A stretch of DNA of 64,000 bases from Octopus sinensis (Eukaryota). The position numbers were made by a program, and so were the translations under genes. The stretch spans positions 21,080,001 to 21,144,000 of the forward strand of contig NC_043000.1 of NCBI RefSeq assembly GCF_006345805.1, read 5' to 3'. Shown in pieces: positions 11,701 to 24,415 of the stretch (the stretch's first letter is position 1; each line of letters begins with the position of its first letter). The notes beneath the pieces are model-generated. The model was not told where the DNA came from. It searched no databases and saw only the letters and a program-made list of their open reading frames with translations.

Positions 11701-12254
11701 TGTATATATGTGCGCGCATGCGCTATGTGTAAAATCTCGATCATGGTGACCTGCATGTTCCGTCAGTTTTAGAGAATTCAAGAATCCCTACAATGTTCTG
11801 CATTTGTGACAGAGATAAGCAATAAATAGTTTATCGGGGTTTGAACGAAATTATATCATGGAAGATCAAAGCAAAAGTCTAGGATTATATGTCAGCATGT
11901 TCTAAATCGTATTTTCCAAAACCGTTGGATGATACATTCGTATTTTTTAAAGAGTTGGCATTATTACATAACATGTGTATTTGCTGCAGAGAACAAAATT
12001 ATTTGAGCTGTTAGTTTCTTTCCGGTTATTTGTATTAAAATATTCGTTAAATTAATCTTTTTATGAGTAGTTTTTTTCTTCTTATAGATATAGTTTGTTA
12101 CTAAGTTTAATGTCGCATCATCAACAAGCGTATATAATCAAAGGTGTTCCAGTCATGACCAACTCATCTTTTTCCAGGATGTTGGGTATCTGGGCTTGCA
12201 AAATATATCGCTTCTTTTTTAAAGGCGGCATTGTGTCTGTCATAGCAAAATCAT

Positions 12255-12258
12255 CATT

Positions 12259-12292
<34 letters not shown>

Positions 12293-12545
12293 ACAGCAAG
12301 AACAAGAACAACCCCCAGGACATTACACTGTCAAATCCCTAGGTCTCATAGGGCTGGTTGAGATCACAACATTCTCCTGACAGCGGTCGCAGTACATCTC
12401 GGGGTTACTCATTAATAGCTGGGTGAACAGCAGCAATGTAAAATGAAGTGCTTCGCTCAAGAGCACAATGCATCGCCCAGTCCGTGAATCGAAACCACGA
12501 ACTTGCGATCGTGAGTGCAACAACCTAACTACTAGGTCAGGCGCG
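12255..12545 (-). mobile_element. SINE family C variant (tRNA head, CORE-like centre, repeat tail)
   Basis: Minus strand reads gtgaacgcgcctgacctagtagttagg..tggtttcgattc..gtgctcttgagcgaagcacttcatttt, ending at a (GAT)n tract. Confidence 0.65.
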
Positions 12546-12759
12546 TTCACATAGTAAAGCCCCCCACTATAATAATAAACTGAAACTATTTTTGAACGAC
12601 GTTTAGGATTACAGTAATATTCTAATACTGGCGTGTGAATCATTAAGCCAATTTGTACCTCATATGTTCCCACTACAGATATTTATAAGAACTATAGCTC
12701 TCTGCTTTTATCTGAGTGTCTAGCAATTAATATATTTCCTATTTCCTTCCATGTCAATA

Positions 12760-13202
12760 TCTATAAAGCTGAAATGCGAAAAAGTTGTTTGATTTCTTGG
12801 TTATTTGTCTTATTTTTGGGATGGGAACGGTTTAAAGATTGGTACCAAAGTTTACTCTGGAGGGTAAAATGGGGTGGAAATGGTGTAAGGAAGGTTGTAA
12901 GTCGCTCGGGACAACCGTTTGGTTGCCATGGTGAGGAATATGAGAAAATTTGAGTTTTATGGGATAGACAGGTTGCGCTGTTTGAATAATGGTGGCTTTT
13001 CGTGTTGCTGTAGGGGCTAGAGGCGGTTATCTTTCATTGTGGGTGTAAAAATTTGGGCGATTTTTGGAAAGTGGGGTAAAGAAGAGGCAATAAAAAGAAC
13101 CAGGCAAAGAAGACGAACAAAAGAAGAAAGGGAAAAGGAGACAACACGCACAAAACAACACCACCACTAAAACTCGAGCGAAGCACGGGTCAAAATAGCT
13201 AG
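12760..13202 (+). mobile_element. Non-autonomous Helitron
   Basis: A|TCtataaagctgaaatgcg start; hairpin ctcgagcgaagcacggg then CTAG|T. Confidence 0.75.
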
Positions 13203-13206
13203 TCTA

Positions 13207-13339
13207 GGCGCAGGAGTGGCTGTGTGGTAAGTAGCTTGCTAACCAACCACATGGTTCTGGGTTCAGTCCCACTGCGTGGCACCTTGGGCAAGCCTTGTGA
13301 GTGGATTTGGTAGACGGAAACTGAAAGAAGCCAGTCGTA

Positions 13340-13382
<43 letters not shown>

Positions 13383-13625
13383 ATATATATATATACGCGT
13401 GTGTGTGTTTATGCGTCTGTGTTTGTCCCCCTAGCATTGCTTGACAACCGATGCTGGTGTGTTTATGTCCCTGTTACTTAGCGGTTCGGCAAAAAGAGAC
13501 CGATAGAATAAGTACTGGGCTTACAAAAAGTATAAGTCCCGGGGTCGAGTTGCTCGATTAAAGGCGGTGCTCCAGCATGGCCGCAGTCAAATGACTGAAA
13601 CAAGTAAAAGAGTAAAAGAGAGTAA
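13207..13625 (+). mobile_element. SINE family B (CORE-type, internal (TA)n/(TG)n, gagtaaaa tail)
   Basis: ggcgcaggagtggctgtgtggtaag head, caccttgggcaag core with an internal deletion, tail aaacaagtaaaagagtaaaagagtaaag; paralogue of 44043-44435. Confidence 0.88.
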
Positions 13626-14987
13626 AGAGAGTCTATTTTAATTTTTAAAATCCATGAACTACGAGGGAGAGCTTTTATAGGGCTTAGAAAAACTGAAGGA
13701 CCGCTGCAATAAGTGTGTAGAGCTAAGAGGGGGGATATACTGAATAGCATCATAATTAAACGATCCTTCTGTTTTCTTTTACCCAAACCCATTTCAGCAC
13801 CACCTCGTATAATTGACATCTCAATTATGCTTACCCCTAAGTCAGCCTTGCACGAGCAGACCTAGGATTTCACGATGTTCTTCGTGTTTCTCACTGGCAT
13901 TGCGTATGTCATGTACTATATTATCTAATGTAACTCTTCCGTTTGAAGGACGTAAGTTATTATTTGAAAAAGAGACGTGATTCAGATTACTGTGTTGTAG
14001 CATATATTGGTATGTATGATATATACCCAGAGAACTGATAATGATATTTGTACTTATACATTGGTTGAAAATCCCTTTACTTCATAGTTCTATATTAACT
14101 AAAACATTTTGTTCAAGATATCCAGAATCCTGACCAGCTTATATCGATTATATCATTAGTTCTTTCAGCCTATGCTTATATATTGCCATAAATGCAGATT
14201 TATATTCTTCGAATGACATTCCAATGTAAGTAGATGCCTCAGTGTTGCCGTTTTATTGTTGCTTTTGTGCGTTTAATTCTTGTAATATAATCCTTCAAGT
14301 TGTCAAAAATAAAAGATATAAAATGATTTTAGACCAATAAATCGACTTTTAGAACCAGCTTTTTTTTTATTATTTTCGCCCAAATTTGACAGGATAACTG
14401 TCCAGTCTTTGTTTATATCACGATACTGTTTCATTTAAGGGTTTTTTATGCATTTTTTTTCAGTACAAATCTTAGTTGGAATTGAAAAAAAACTTTTTGA
14501 TGTTCACCTCAGCGACATTTAAAATGTTAAGTGCATTATCATCAACTAATTCTGTAATATAGATGATGTGACATACTACTAGATTTAGTGTTCCTATGTC
14601 ATGTGTCTACTTTGGAGTTTTTACTGAAATAAAATCGTGTTGTTGTTCACTTCGTTTAGTTTTAGTACTAAATCGTTCGTGAAACGTCAGTCCGATTTTC
14701 CAGGTATTGTAGGTTGTTATTTTAGTATTTACTTTCATATTCGTTCAGACAATTGCTGTTTGAATAAAGTTCATAGTTTAATGTAGAAAAATTAAATTAA
14801 ATATTCGATGAATCCATTTACTTAATTATATATATGGTAAAGTAATCAGCCGGAGTCTTTGAGGGATATGGGTTTGAGTCCCATGGCTGGTTGTTGACAA
14901 ATATTTTCACCAAAGGTTAATTTTACCCAGTATTTCTGCTTGTACAGCGGCAACTCAGCGTTCGAAAAACTATCATCTTCTTATGTA

Positions 14988-15061
<74 letters not shown>

Positions 15062-15203
15062 CTAGCACTATGTCCCGGCAACGTAAATGTAAAGATGTGC
15101 ACGACTACCCTTGGACGGTTTTGAATGACCATAGAAAGTGCGTGCCTTCTAACTGAAAAATTGTCGATTTGTATAAAGGATACACACACACAGACATTTG
15201 CCG

Positions 15204-15258
<55 letters not shown>
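15062..15258 (-). mobile_element. Short non-autonomous Helitron
   Basis: Minus strand starts TCTATATA..CGGCAAATGTCTG and ends CGTTGCCGGGACATAGTGCTAG|T, the same terminal arm as at 34139-34155. Confidence 0.7.
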
Positions 15259-15290
<32 letters not shown>

Positions 15291-15689
15291 AGTCATTTCA
15301 TTAATAATGCGGGTTTTTTATGTTGCTTTTGTTTTTCAAAATTAAGATAAACAAAGTTCTTTTTTAATCTAAAATATACTCTCCTTCATTTTCTACAATC
15401 CACTCCCATCTACCTGGTAGACTTGCAAAGTCTCTCTCTTTCGTAATTCACTTGTCTGTGACGAAAAATACTCCTCCAGTACTGTTCTGACTACGTCTGC
15501 ATATTTTTTTCGTCCAAATGATTTTGAAAACTACGGAAGAAATGATAATCAGATGGAGCAATATCCGGCGAATATGGTGGGCGGGACATGTTTCCCATTC
15601 AAAATTAAAACAAAGTTCTTTTTTTAATCTAAAATATACTCTGTCCGTTATCGGAGCTGTGTTCTTTTTGTTTGTTTATTTGTACGCAT

Positions 15690-15719
15690 GCGTGTACGTC
15701 AATGTGCACATGTATACAC

Positions 15720-15750
<31 letters not shown>

Positions 15751-16245
15751 TGTATGTATGTATGTATGAATGTATGTATGTTTGCATGTATGTAAGTATG
15801 TGCGTGTGCACGCATGTATGCGTGTGTGTGTGTATGCATATATATATGTAAGCGTGTGTACGTTTGCATGCATGTATATATTCCGCATATTCATGTGTTT
15901 GTGTGTTCATTTTCATGCGCGTGTATGCGTGTGTATTTGTGTGTGTTCCTCTGTTTCCTTGTGTGTGCATGTCGGAGTGTGTCTATATGAATGGGTTTGT
16001 GTGACTATGTATATGCGTCTGTAATGTATAGATGTGTGTCTCCATATGTGTCCTTGTGTATGTGTGTATGTGTGTGTGTGTCTGAATTGTGCGTGTGTGT
16101 ATATGGTCATGTGTTTCAGTTTTCTGTTGTGTATGTATGTGTGTTTGTGCTTGTCTGTCCGTATTACCTATGTACCTATCTATCTACTTATCTATCTGTT
16201 TGGTTACATATCCATTTGCCTACTTATACATATATATATATACCC
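15690..16245. repeat. Degenerate (TATG)n/(TG)n microsatellite mosaic
   Basis: Direct inspection; explains the many C/V/Y/M-rich ORFs here. Confidence 0.9.
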
Positions 16246-17215
16246 TCCTGAAGGCCTACAGAGTAAAATTATGTGTTGATTGATTAACATAAAAACAAAT
16301 TGTAACCAAATATAATGCTTTGTTCGAACCAAAGTTTTTTTTTTTTACTTTTTGTTCTGAAATGAAGAAAATTTGAAACGTCTGCTATTTTTATAAAAAT
16401 TGTGACTTGAGGGAAATATTTTGAAGAACATTAATTAAAAATAAAAGACAAATCTGAAACACACAAAGCCACACATACACACATACACAGACTCATATGC
16501 ACACATAGGCATGGAATTCAAACACACGCACGCGCATAGAAATATTTAATTCAATTTGAGATCAGAGCCCTTGGTTTTGAAGGATGGTGGAAATCCATAA
16601 AAATGTTCACCATTATTAAAGGAGAAATGTTAGCATGGCTAAAATTAGTGTTCTCATATGTGAATAGGTCATCATCCCTGCTTTCGTGGCTACGTCAAAG
16701 CGCCAATCTAAAGATTGTGACAACCTGAAGAGTAGTTTAATAGTTTCGACACTGTATAGAATGAGATTACACAAAATCATAACAAGGCTCCTCTTTTGAG
16801 TTTCAATAAAAGAGCGGTTGAACTACACTAATTATTATAAGTAGAATCACTAAAACAGATAACGCGAAACTAAAGAAAAAAGTCAATGAAATCCCTTTCA
16901 GTATATTCAAGGTTTATCAAGACAATTTTTATAAAACGACAATAAAATAAATTACGAAACAGTGGAGTCATTAAAATTATCCGATGCAGTGACACAGTTA
17001 AAATCAGTTGAGTGCAAATGTGCAGTTAAAATTGATTTTTTAAAAAATGCACATTTAACAATGGTGCAATGTGACTACCGCTGAAGACTATGCAAATAAA
17101 CATATGCAGCTAAAAATGATCCGATGTGCTTGTGCAGTTAAAATGCTCAAATGCAACTGTGTGCTTAAAAACTTGACTCTTTATAACACTGAATTTAAAT
17201 TTTCTGAAGAATATA

Positions 17216-17449
17216 TATTTCTTTACTACCCACAAGGGGCTAAACACAGAGGGGACAAACAAGGATAGACAAAGCGAGTAAGTCGATTACGTCGACGCCA
17301 GTGCGTAACTAGTACTTAATTTATCGACCCCGAAAGGATGAAAGGCAAAGTCGACCTCGGCGGAATTTGAACTCGGAACGTAACGACAGACGAAATACGG
17401 CTACGCATTTTGCCCGGCGTGCTAACGTTTCTGCCAGCTCGCCGCCTTA
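17216..17449 (-). mobile_element. SINE family A, full length, with 16-bp TSD
   Basis: Reverse complement of the family A consensus; ttttctgaagaatata at 17200-17215 and 17450-17465. Confidence 0.92.
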
Positions 17450-17514
17450 TTTTCTGAAGAATATACTTAAGCACAGTCAATAACGACAGCTAATGAAACG
17501 CTAATGACAGGCTC

Positions 17515-17712
17515 ATTAACGCGTCAGACAAAATACTTTACGGCATTTCTTCCAACTCCTTACATTTTGAGTTCAGATTCAGATGAGATCAACTTCTCTT
17601 TTCATCTTATCGGGGTCGATAAAACAAGTACTATCTGAGCAAGGTGGTGATCGATGTAATCGAGTGACTCCCTCCTCCTAAAATTACTGTCCTTGTATCA
17701 AAACTTGGAACA
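17515..17712 (+). mobile_element. SINE family A-related degenerate copy, alternative tail
   Basis: ttttgagttcagattc..catcttatcggggtcgataaaacaagtac..gatcgatgtaatcgag. Confidence 0.65.
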
Positions 17713-18812
17713 ATTTCTTTCTATGAGCTAGCAGAAAAACTATTTTTTTTTAATGAAGTGCATTTTTAAAATGTGAAATGTAATATTTAGTGAAGTGGTT
17801 AGTGCATTCTCATCAGACAATTCATAATGTGCAAATAAAATGCCAAGAAACAGTGTTCATTAGACATTAATCAAACTACGCCATTAAATTGAGATCTCTT
17901 TACAACTATTGAGATAATTTATACATGACTATAACTTATAGTTTATTATACATGACAATAATAACATGAAACATAAAGGAACGATTTGGCGCTCTCAAAC
18001 AAAATATTTATTTCAAGTATTGACTATGAGACATGAAAGTCTCTTTCTATAATGAGAACCTTCTTTTGCCACAGAGAAAATATGACACATTTCTTTTTTA
18101 TTAAGCTGTATGCTTAAGGTCACCAATTGATTTTGACGACAGCTTGTTAGATCTCTGTAATCTTACCCATCTACGAGTCTAGTCTTCAATACTCACTTTC
18201 AAATCTAAACTTGGTTACAGAATGCTTAGTCATGCTGACAAATATATTTAAAATACAAAAATATCAAGATTGATTTGGTTGGCTATTAATGGTTGACTAC
18301 TGCTGTCGACAACAAAAGATGAAATATGAAATAAGCAGACGATCCAATCAAATATGATGATTCTTTTACTTATTTTTAACATAAACACAAAGATCTATAA
18401 TAAATAAGGCTAAAGAAATGAGACTGTGTCTTGCAAATAACTATGAATGATTGACTAGCAGAGATGTAGCTCCAACCGGATATCGGAACCAATACGTGGA
18501 CATATCTCAACGGGAGCGTGTCTCTTTTTATGGCGTCCAACAAGGATGTTCATCGTTGTTGAAGTTATGATGAATTCCTTGCGTAGATTCAAGATAAATA
18601 TCTATAACGAAAGAGAGAGAGAGGGGGGAAGAAAGAGAGAGAAGAGGAAGAGGGAGAGAGAAAGATTGATAGAGAGAATGTTATGGTGTCCATGTCTTTC
18701 TCATGTTAAAATAGTTGCTTAGTTATCAAAACTAGGTTCCATGATTTACTTTCTACTATATGATATCCACAATGGCTGGACTATATATTATTGTCATTAA
18801 TTAACATAATTT

Positions 18813-19030
18813 AAGGCGGCGAGTCGGCAAAATCGTTAGCACCCACAACAAAATGCTTAGCGACATTTCACCCGTCTTTACGTTCTGGGCTCAAATTCCA
18901 CCCGGGTCGACTTTGCTTTTCATCCTTTCGGGGTCGATAAATTAAGTACCAGTGAAACACTGGGGTCGATGTAATCGATTAATCCCTTCCTCCAAAATTA
19001 CGGGCCTTGTGCCTTTAGTAGAATGGATTA
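18813..19030 (+). mobile_element. SINE family A head/core with alternative tail
   Basis: aaggcggcgagtcggcaaaatc head; tail ccaaaattacgggccttgtgcctttagtagaatggatta. Confidence 0.82.
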
Positions 19031-19344
19031 CTCAACATAATTTAACATTTACTTGTGAATAAATTGCACCCATAATTTAGAGATTTAACTTCCGGATTGT
19101 AAATATTTCACTTCAGTCACATGACAAACGCCTCCCACAAAATCATTTCTTAATGTCGCATTCATTCATTCTCTCTTTCCTTTACTAATCCGTATTTCTT
19201 TTATATATATTTCGAAAAACATCGAACTGTTTAAAAATAAAATAACTGTGTTTGTGTAGGCGACATTGGATGCTTTTAGAATTGGTCTGTCTCCAACAAT
19301 GGCAGTACATTTCTTTCAAAGTATTATTGAGTTCCAAAATAAGT

Positions 19345-19500
19345 CAGCGAATTGGCAGAATCCCGAGACTGCCTCGTCGTATTTCTTTTAGTTATATGTG
19401 CTCTGAGTTCAACTCCCACCTAGATTGACTTTACTTTTCATCCCTTCGTGGTCAGTACTGAAGGTATCTCTCTTGAAATCGACCTATATTAAAGGAACCA
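19345..19500 (+). mobile_element. SINE family A, highly degraded
   Basis: cagcgaattggcagaatc..ctctgagttcaactcccacctagattgacttt..catcccttcgtgg. Confidence 0.55.
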
Positions 19501-21703
19501 AGAAAGAAGTGTTCACATCACAACTAGTCCTACAAATCCTTTCACTCCCAGACTGGCTACGAAAGAAAAATTTATCAAGATTTGTCTTGTTATTTTCGAA
19601 AATATAAACTAATTTTGATTGTAGTCGTTACCCTAGAATAGTGAAAATTTGTCGAGACACTCTACAAACAGCTAATAGCAAATATACGCCATTTTATATT
19701 TCTGAAATGTATTTTACAAAAGAACTTACTGATTTGGGACGCAATTTCCTAAACCTAATTTCTACTTTATACAACTGCTTTGCGTCGTTAAATATTTCCA
19801 GGGATTATATGATAAAGCAGTGACTTCACACCTTAAAATTATTCTTCATCATCAACGAATACTTGGTCATAATATTCATACTTACCACCAAATAAAATTC
19901 TAATTATGCCTTATTTTGTTTTGTTCTCCATGAATGACGACAGCCCAACCCGTTTCTCTTTCAAATTCCATTCTACCGGAGAACATATCTTTTTCAGTGA
20001 CGTGCACTGACAATCTGGAACCTAAGTCAACAGGCTGTTTAAATTTCCCGTGCTGTCTTGATGAATAGAAAAAAAACAGATCATAAGCTTTTTTTATGTT
20101 TTTTTTTCTTCGCGTTTATAATCACTGCATTATAAACCTCATTCTAACCTGCTTATTTTATGTACAAATGATTAATCTATGCGTAGGAAATTGTTGAAAT
20201 TTGCGACGACAATTAAGAAGCTTCTAAAACAAGAATTGTGACAAATTAGATTCTATATACTGTTACTTATATATAGCATTCATTTCAACTTAATAAACCA
20301 TATACATGCACGAAAGCAATTAATCTTAGCTATTTATCACTCTTAAAATAAAATTCATTGATAATAAATAGATAACCAACAGATTTGACAGAAACAGAAT
20401 TTGCTATCTATTTACGTTGCTTGATATATAGTACACCGTTTTAGTTTTCTATCACTAAGCTAATCTTATAGCGTGTTGTCAGTGTACATTCAATGACGTC
20501 TTAATTTCGATGGTTTCATTGTAACACATGAGAAGCCGGTCAAAGTTACAAAGTGATAAGATTCTTATATTAGCGCGAATCCTTTCAGATCATACTTATG
20601 TTAATGTGCATTTCCAGTAATGTGAACGCGTCTGTCTTACGAGTAAATCTTTGTGGGAGATTTTACGAATACCTTATAGAACTTCGATATTTCATTGAAT
20701 AATTGAATCTGTCGGATACAAGACATTCGTTTGTATATTTTCTTAGATATCCATTTATTGCATTAATGGTTATGCTTATGAATATTGTATAGTTAAAGCA
20801 CAATAAATCGCTGTAAACATTACCTCATTAGCTTTAAAAGAGACACATTTGTTATGTTGTTGACTACTGAGATAGATCGAATATTTCCATATTTTCTATG
20901 TATAGTGCCATTGCTGGATCATGTCATTCATACAATACCTCCACACTCGTCATCGTGTATGTAGATGAGGCCAGCGATATCAATATTCATTGTGGCAGTT
21001 CCATATCAATTTACTATTAGATACAAACGATTTATTATAGCCAAATACAATGCTATGTCCCGTGAGAACATTTCCACGATATACGAAGCTGTAAATATTA
21101 CTGAAGTGCAGTTATAAGGTCAGCTAAAATGTGTTAAACGACGGGGATTTCAAGTAGTTATATCAACGAAATAATATTATTTGCTGCTTAAAACAGTTGT
21201 TTAATGGCCATGCATTAACGAAAGCAATGTTTTAAGACGATTAAGCAATATTTTTTTATAGATTTTTTTTTCGGTGTTTTTCTTTTTGCAGAGAATTAGA
21301 TAGCATTAAAGAGCATTAGGCGATATTCTGTGATAGAATTTAAAACTCTCAGGAAACGTTAATTCGTTCATCTTGGCTGAAGTTATTATGAAATTGTTGT
21401 ATTCGTGTGATGGACAATTTGAAATAAATGTCAACACAAAGGTCAGCCTCATATCTAGAAAATAATAGAACGATCATCGATTATTTCGAAACAATACTTT
21501 AAAAGTAAACATGTAATATTTCAGTCCATTGTGCGAAGTATTCGGCAGGCAAGTTCCCTTATGTTTGTAGTGATTATATATCAATATATACTTACACACG
21601 CGCACACGCACACGCACACGCACACGCACACGCCACACGCACACGCACACGCACACGCACACGCACACGCACACGCACACGCTTATATTTACATAAGTAG
21701 ATA

Positions 21704-22218
21704 AAAAAAATTAATAAATGCGCCCTTTTAAAGCCTAGCCAGTCTCATGGGCCCGGTTTCCCGGTTTCCATAGCGTATGTGTTCCCCAGCTGAACGGGAC
21801 GCCAGTCCATCGCAGTGTTACTCATTTTTGCCAGCTGAGTGAACTGAAGTAACGTGAAATGAAGTGTTTTGTTCAAGAACACAACACGCCGCCCGGTCCA
21901 GGAATCGAAACCACAATCTTACGATCCTGATGCTGACATCCTATCCACTAAGCCACGCGCCTCCACATATGCGCCCTTTTAAAGCCTAGTCAGGCTCATG
22001 GGCCCGCTTTCCCGGTTTCCATGGCGTATGTGTTCCCTAGCTGGACGGGACGCCAGTCCATCGCAGCGGTACTCATTTTTTGCCAGCTGAGTGGACTGGA
22101 GCAGCGTGAAATGAAGTGTTTTGCTCAAGAACACAACGCGTCGCCCGGTCCAGGAATCGAAACCACAATCTTGTGATCATGATGCTGACACCCTAACCAC
22201 TAAGCCACGCGCCTCCAC
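21704..22218 (-). mobile_element. Head-to-tail dimer of SINE family C within one 13-bp TSD
   Basis: Two ~250-bp copies (about 21720-21966 and 21970-22218); acataagtagata at 21691-21703 and 22219-22231. Confidence 0.88.
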
Positions 22219-23234
22219 ACATAAGTAGATACCCATTTAAAAACTGGGAGAGGTCTAATTTAATGTAAAGAGGAGTAGAGTATAGAGTTGTATTTATTCA
22301 GATGATGGTACTTACAAGGCTAGTCGTGTTTCTTTGACGTTTCGAAATTATCAGTGTGGTACCCTGATGGTTTTTGAAAGTAAGCTAGGTTTGTAATTTC
22401 CGTTATCAAAATAAACACGCATAAATACACAACTGCATACACACATACGTACACATGTACACGTACAAATACACACACATACACAGCCAGAAAAAGAAAA
22501 TATAAAGGCACGGAGAAAAAATCGAAATCGTAGCCTTGAGCTACACACTACTCTTTAAGTCAAGTGATTTTTGTCTTAAAGAAAAAAGAGAGCACCGAAT
22601 GTCGTTTTAAGTTTTTAAACTTAATTCTTATTTTGCTATAATTTATCAATATTTTGGTCTTAGGTTTTCCTTGTTTTTATATTCAGTATTTTAAATTTGT
22701 TCTCTCACTTAGAATTTTTTAAAAATTCTTATTTCTATAATTTATTTTCTTGTCTTAGTCTGATGAGAAATTTTTTTTAGAAAACTCTCAATTTAGACAT
22801 TACATTACGTAGAATAAAAAAAAAAATTAAAAACAGAATTTCCAGAAAATTCGAAAAAAAAATGTCCTTTCTAAAACTGAAATGAATCATTTCTCAATTT
22901 CTAGAATTAAGAAGAAGTAGGGTGGGGCGTGGGATAACATGAGATACTCAAAATAAAAAGAGAAAAAGGCGAAGGAAGTCGTGCTTGCCTTTAAAAAAAA
23001 TGTTAAATACTTTCCAAATAAATAGAAACAGATTTTTTCCCCTTAAATACAGAGATTGGGTTTATGCAAGAAGAATATGAAGGAAAAAGTGAAATCCAAC
23101 TTAGATATAGCGACATCTAGTCATTAAACACCAGCTCAAATTTTACGGCGGAGATTTTCAAGCTATTAACTGCTTTAACTGGGGAATATGAAATTACAAA
23201 CTGCAATAAATGATCTAACATTAGTGGTGAAGCA

Positions 23235-23560
23235 GAGGAAAGAAGAAAGAGAATGGTAGGAGAGAGAAAGCTATGCAAAGAATAAGAGAAGTGAAACAAG
23301 ATAGGGGAGAGAAAGAAAGATCGAATGAGGAAGTAAAACAAGAAGTGAGTGAGGAGATAGATAAAGAGAGAAAGTAAAATAAAAAATAAAGTGAGAGAGG
23401 AGATAGAGAGGGAGAGAAGGAAAAACGAGAGAGGTGTGAGAGAAGAAAGAAAGACAGAAAGAAAGAAGCAGTTAAGCAAGAAATGGAGAGAGGAGATAGA
23501 TAAAGAAACGGGGGAAGAAAGAATAAAAAGAAAGAAGGAAGGAAGAAAAACAAAATGACA
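23235..23560. repeat. GA-rich low-complexity tract
   Basis: Purine-rich on the + strand; source of the F/L/S-rich minus-strand ORFs. Confidence 0.85.
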
Positions 23561-24112
23561 AACATAATGAAAGATGAATTATAATTTAGCAGTGAGATGC
23601 TGCAAAGGAATATTCGATGGTGAAATTTCATTATAATGTGAGTTGCCAAGTTTTAAGTGAGTTTCAGAGCAAGCTTAATGAGAAATTACAGATTCTTCAA
23701 AACCTAAATCTTCGAGATGGCTCTTGAGAGATTTACTGAGTTTGAACAGTTGTGATCCTTACTCGATGAAACGAGGGTCATTGAAATGTTTCTCGAAATG
23801 ATTGTGAAATTATATATTTATAACCTCATCAACATATTGTGAATTGTTAAACATTTTTTTTATTCTCCATCTCTTGGCAAGAAATGTAGAGATATTATCT
23901 TCACGGGTTTTAGTTTATCATATCGATCAAATATCCTGTTCAGACTTGCGCATTTCTTAACCATGCATATTCATATTGACACGCTCAGATATACTTTTCA
24001 CATTAAAGGGCGTATCTCGGTTTACAATAGCGTAAGCACCATGAAACATAAATACGTACAAGGATACGCTTAAAACATACACGAATATGTATATCTAAAT
24101 GTGTGTGTGTGT

Positions 24113-24355
24113 GGAGGCGCGTGATTAGTGGTTTGGGTGTTGTATTCATGATTGCAAGATTTTGGTTTCGATCCCTGGATCAGGCGATATGCTGTTTACT
24201 TGAGCTAAGCACTTCATTTCATGTTGCTCCAATCCAGTCAGACGGAAAAAATGAGTAATCCTGTGACAGACAGGTGTCCTGTCCAGGGAGGGGGAATACA
24301 TACACCACAGAATCCGGGAAACCGGCCTTATGAGCCTCTGGCTTGGGAAGGACCT
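24113..24355 (+). mobile_element. SINE family C
   Basis: ggaggcgcgtgattagtggtttgg head, gtttcgatccc B-box-like, cacttcatttcatgttgctcc core, ggaaaccggccttatgagcc tail. Confidence 0.8.
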
Positions 24356-24357
24356 TT

Positions 24358-24414
<57 letters not shown>

Positions 24415-24415
<1 letters not shown>

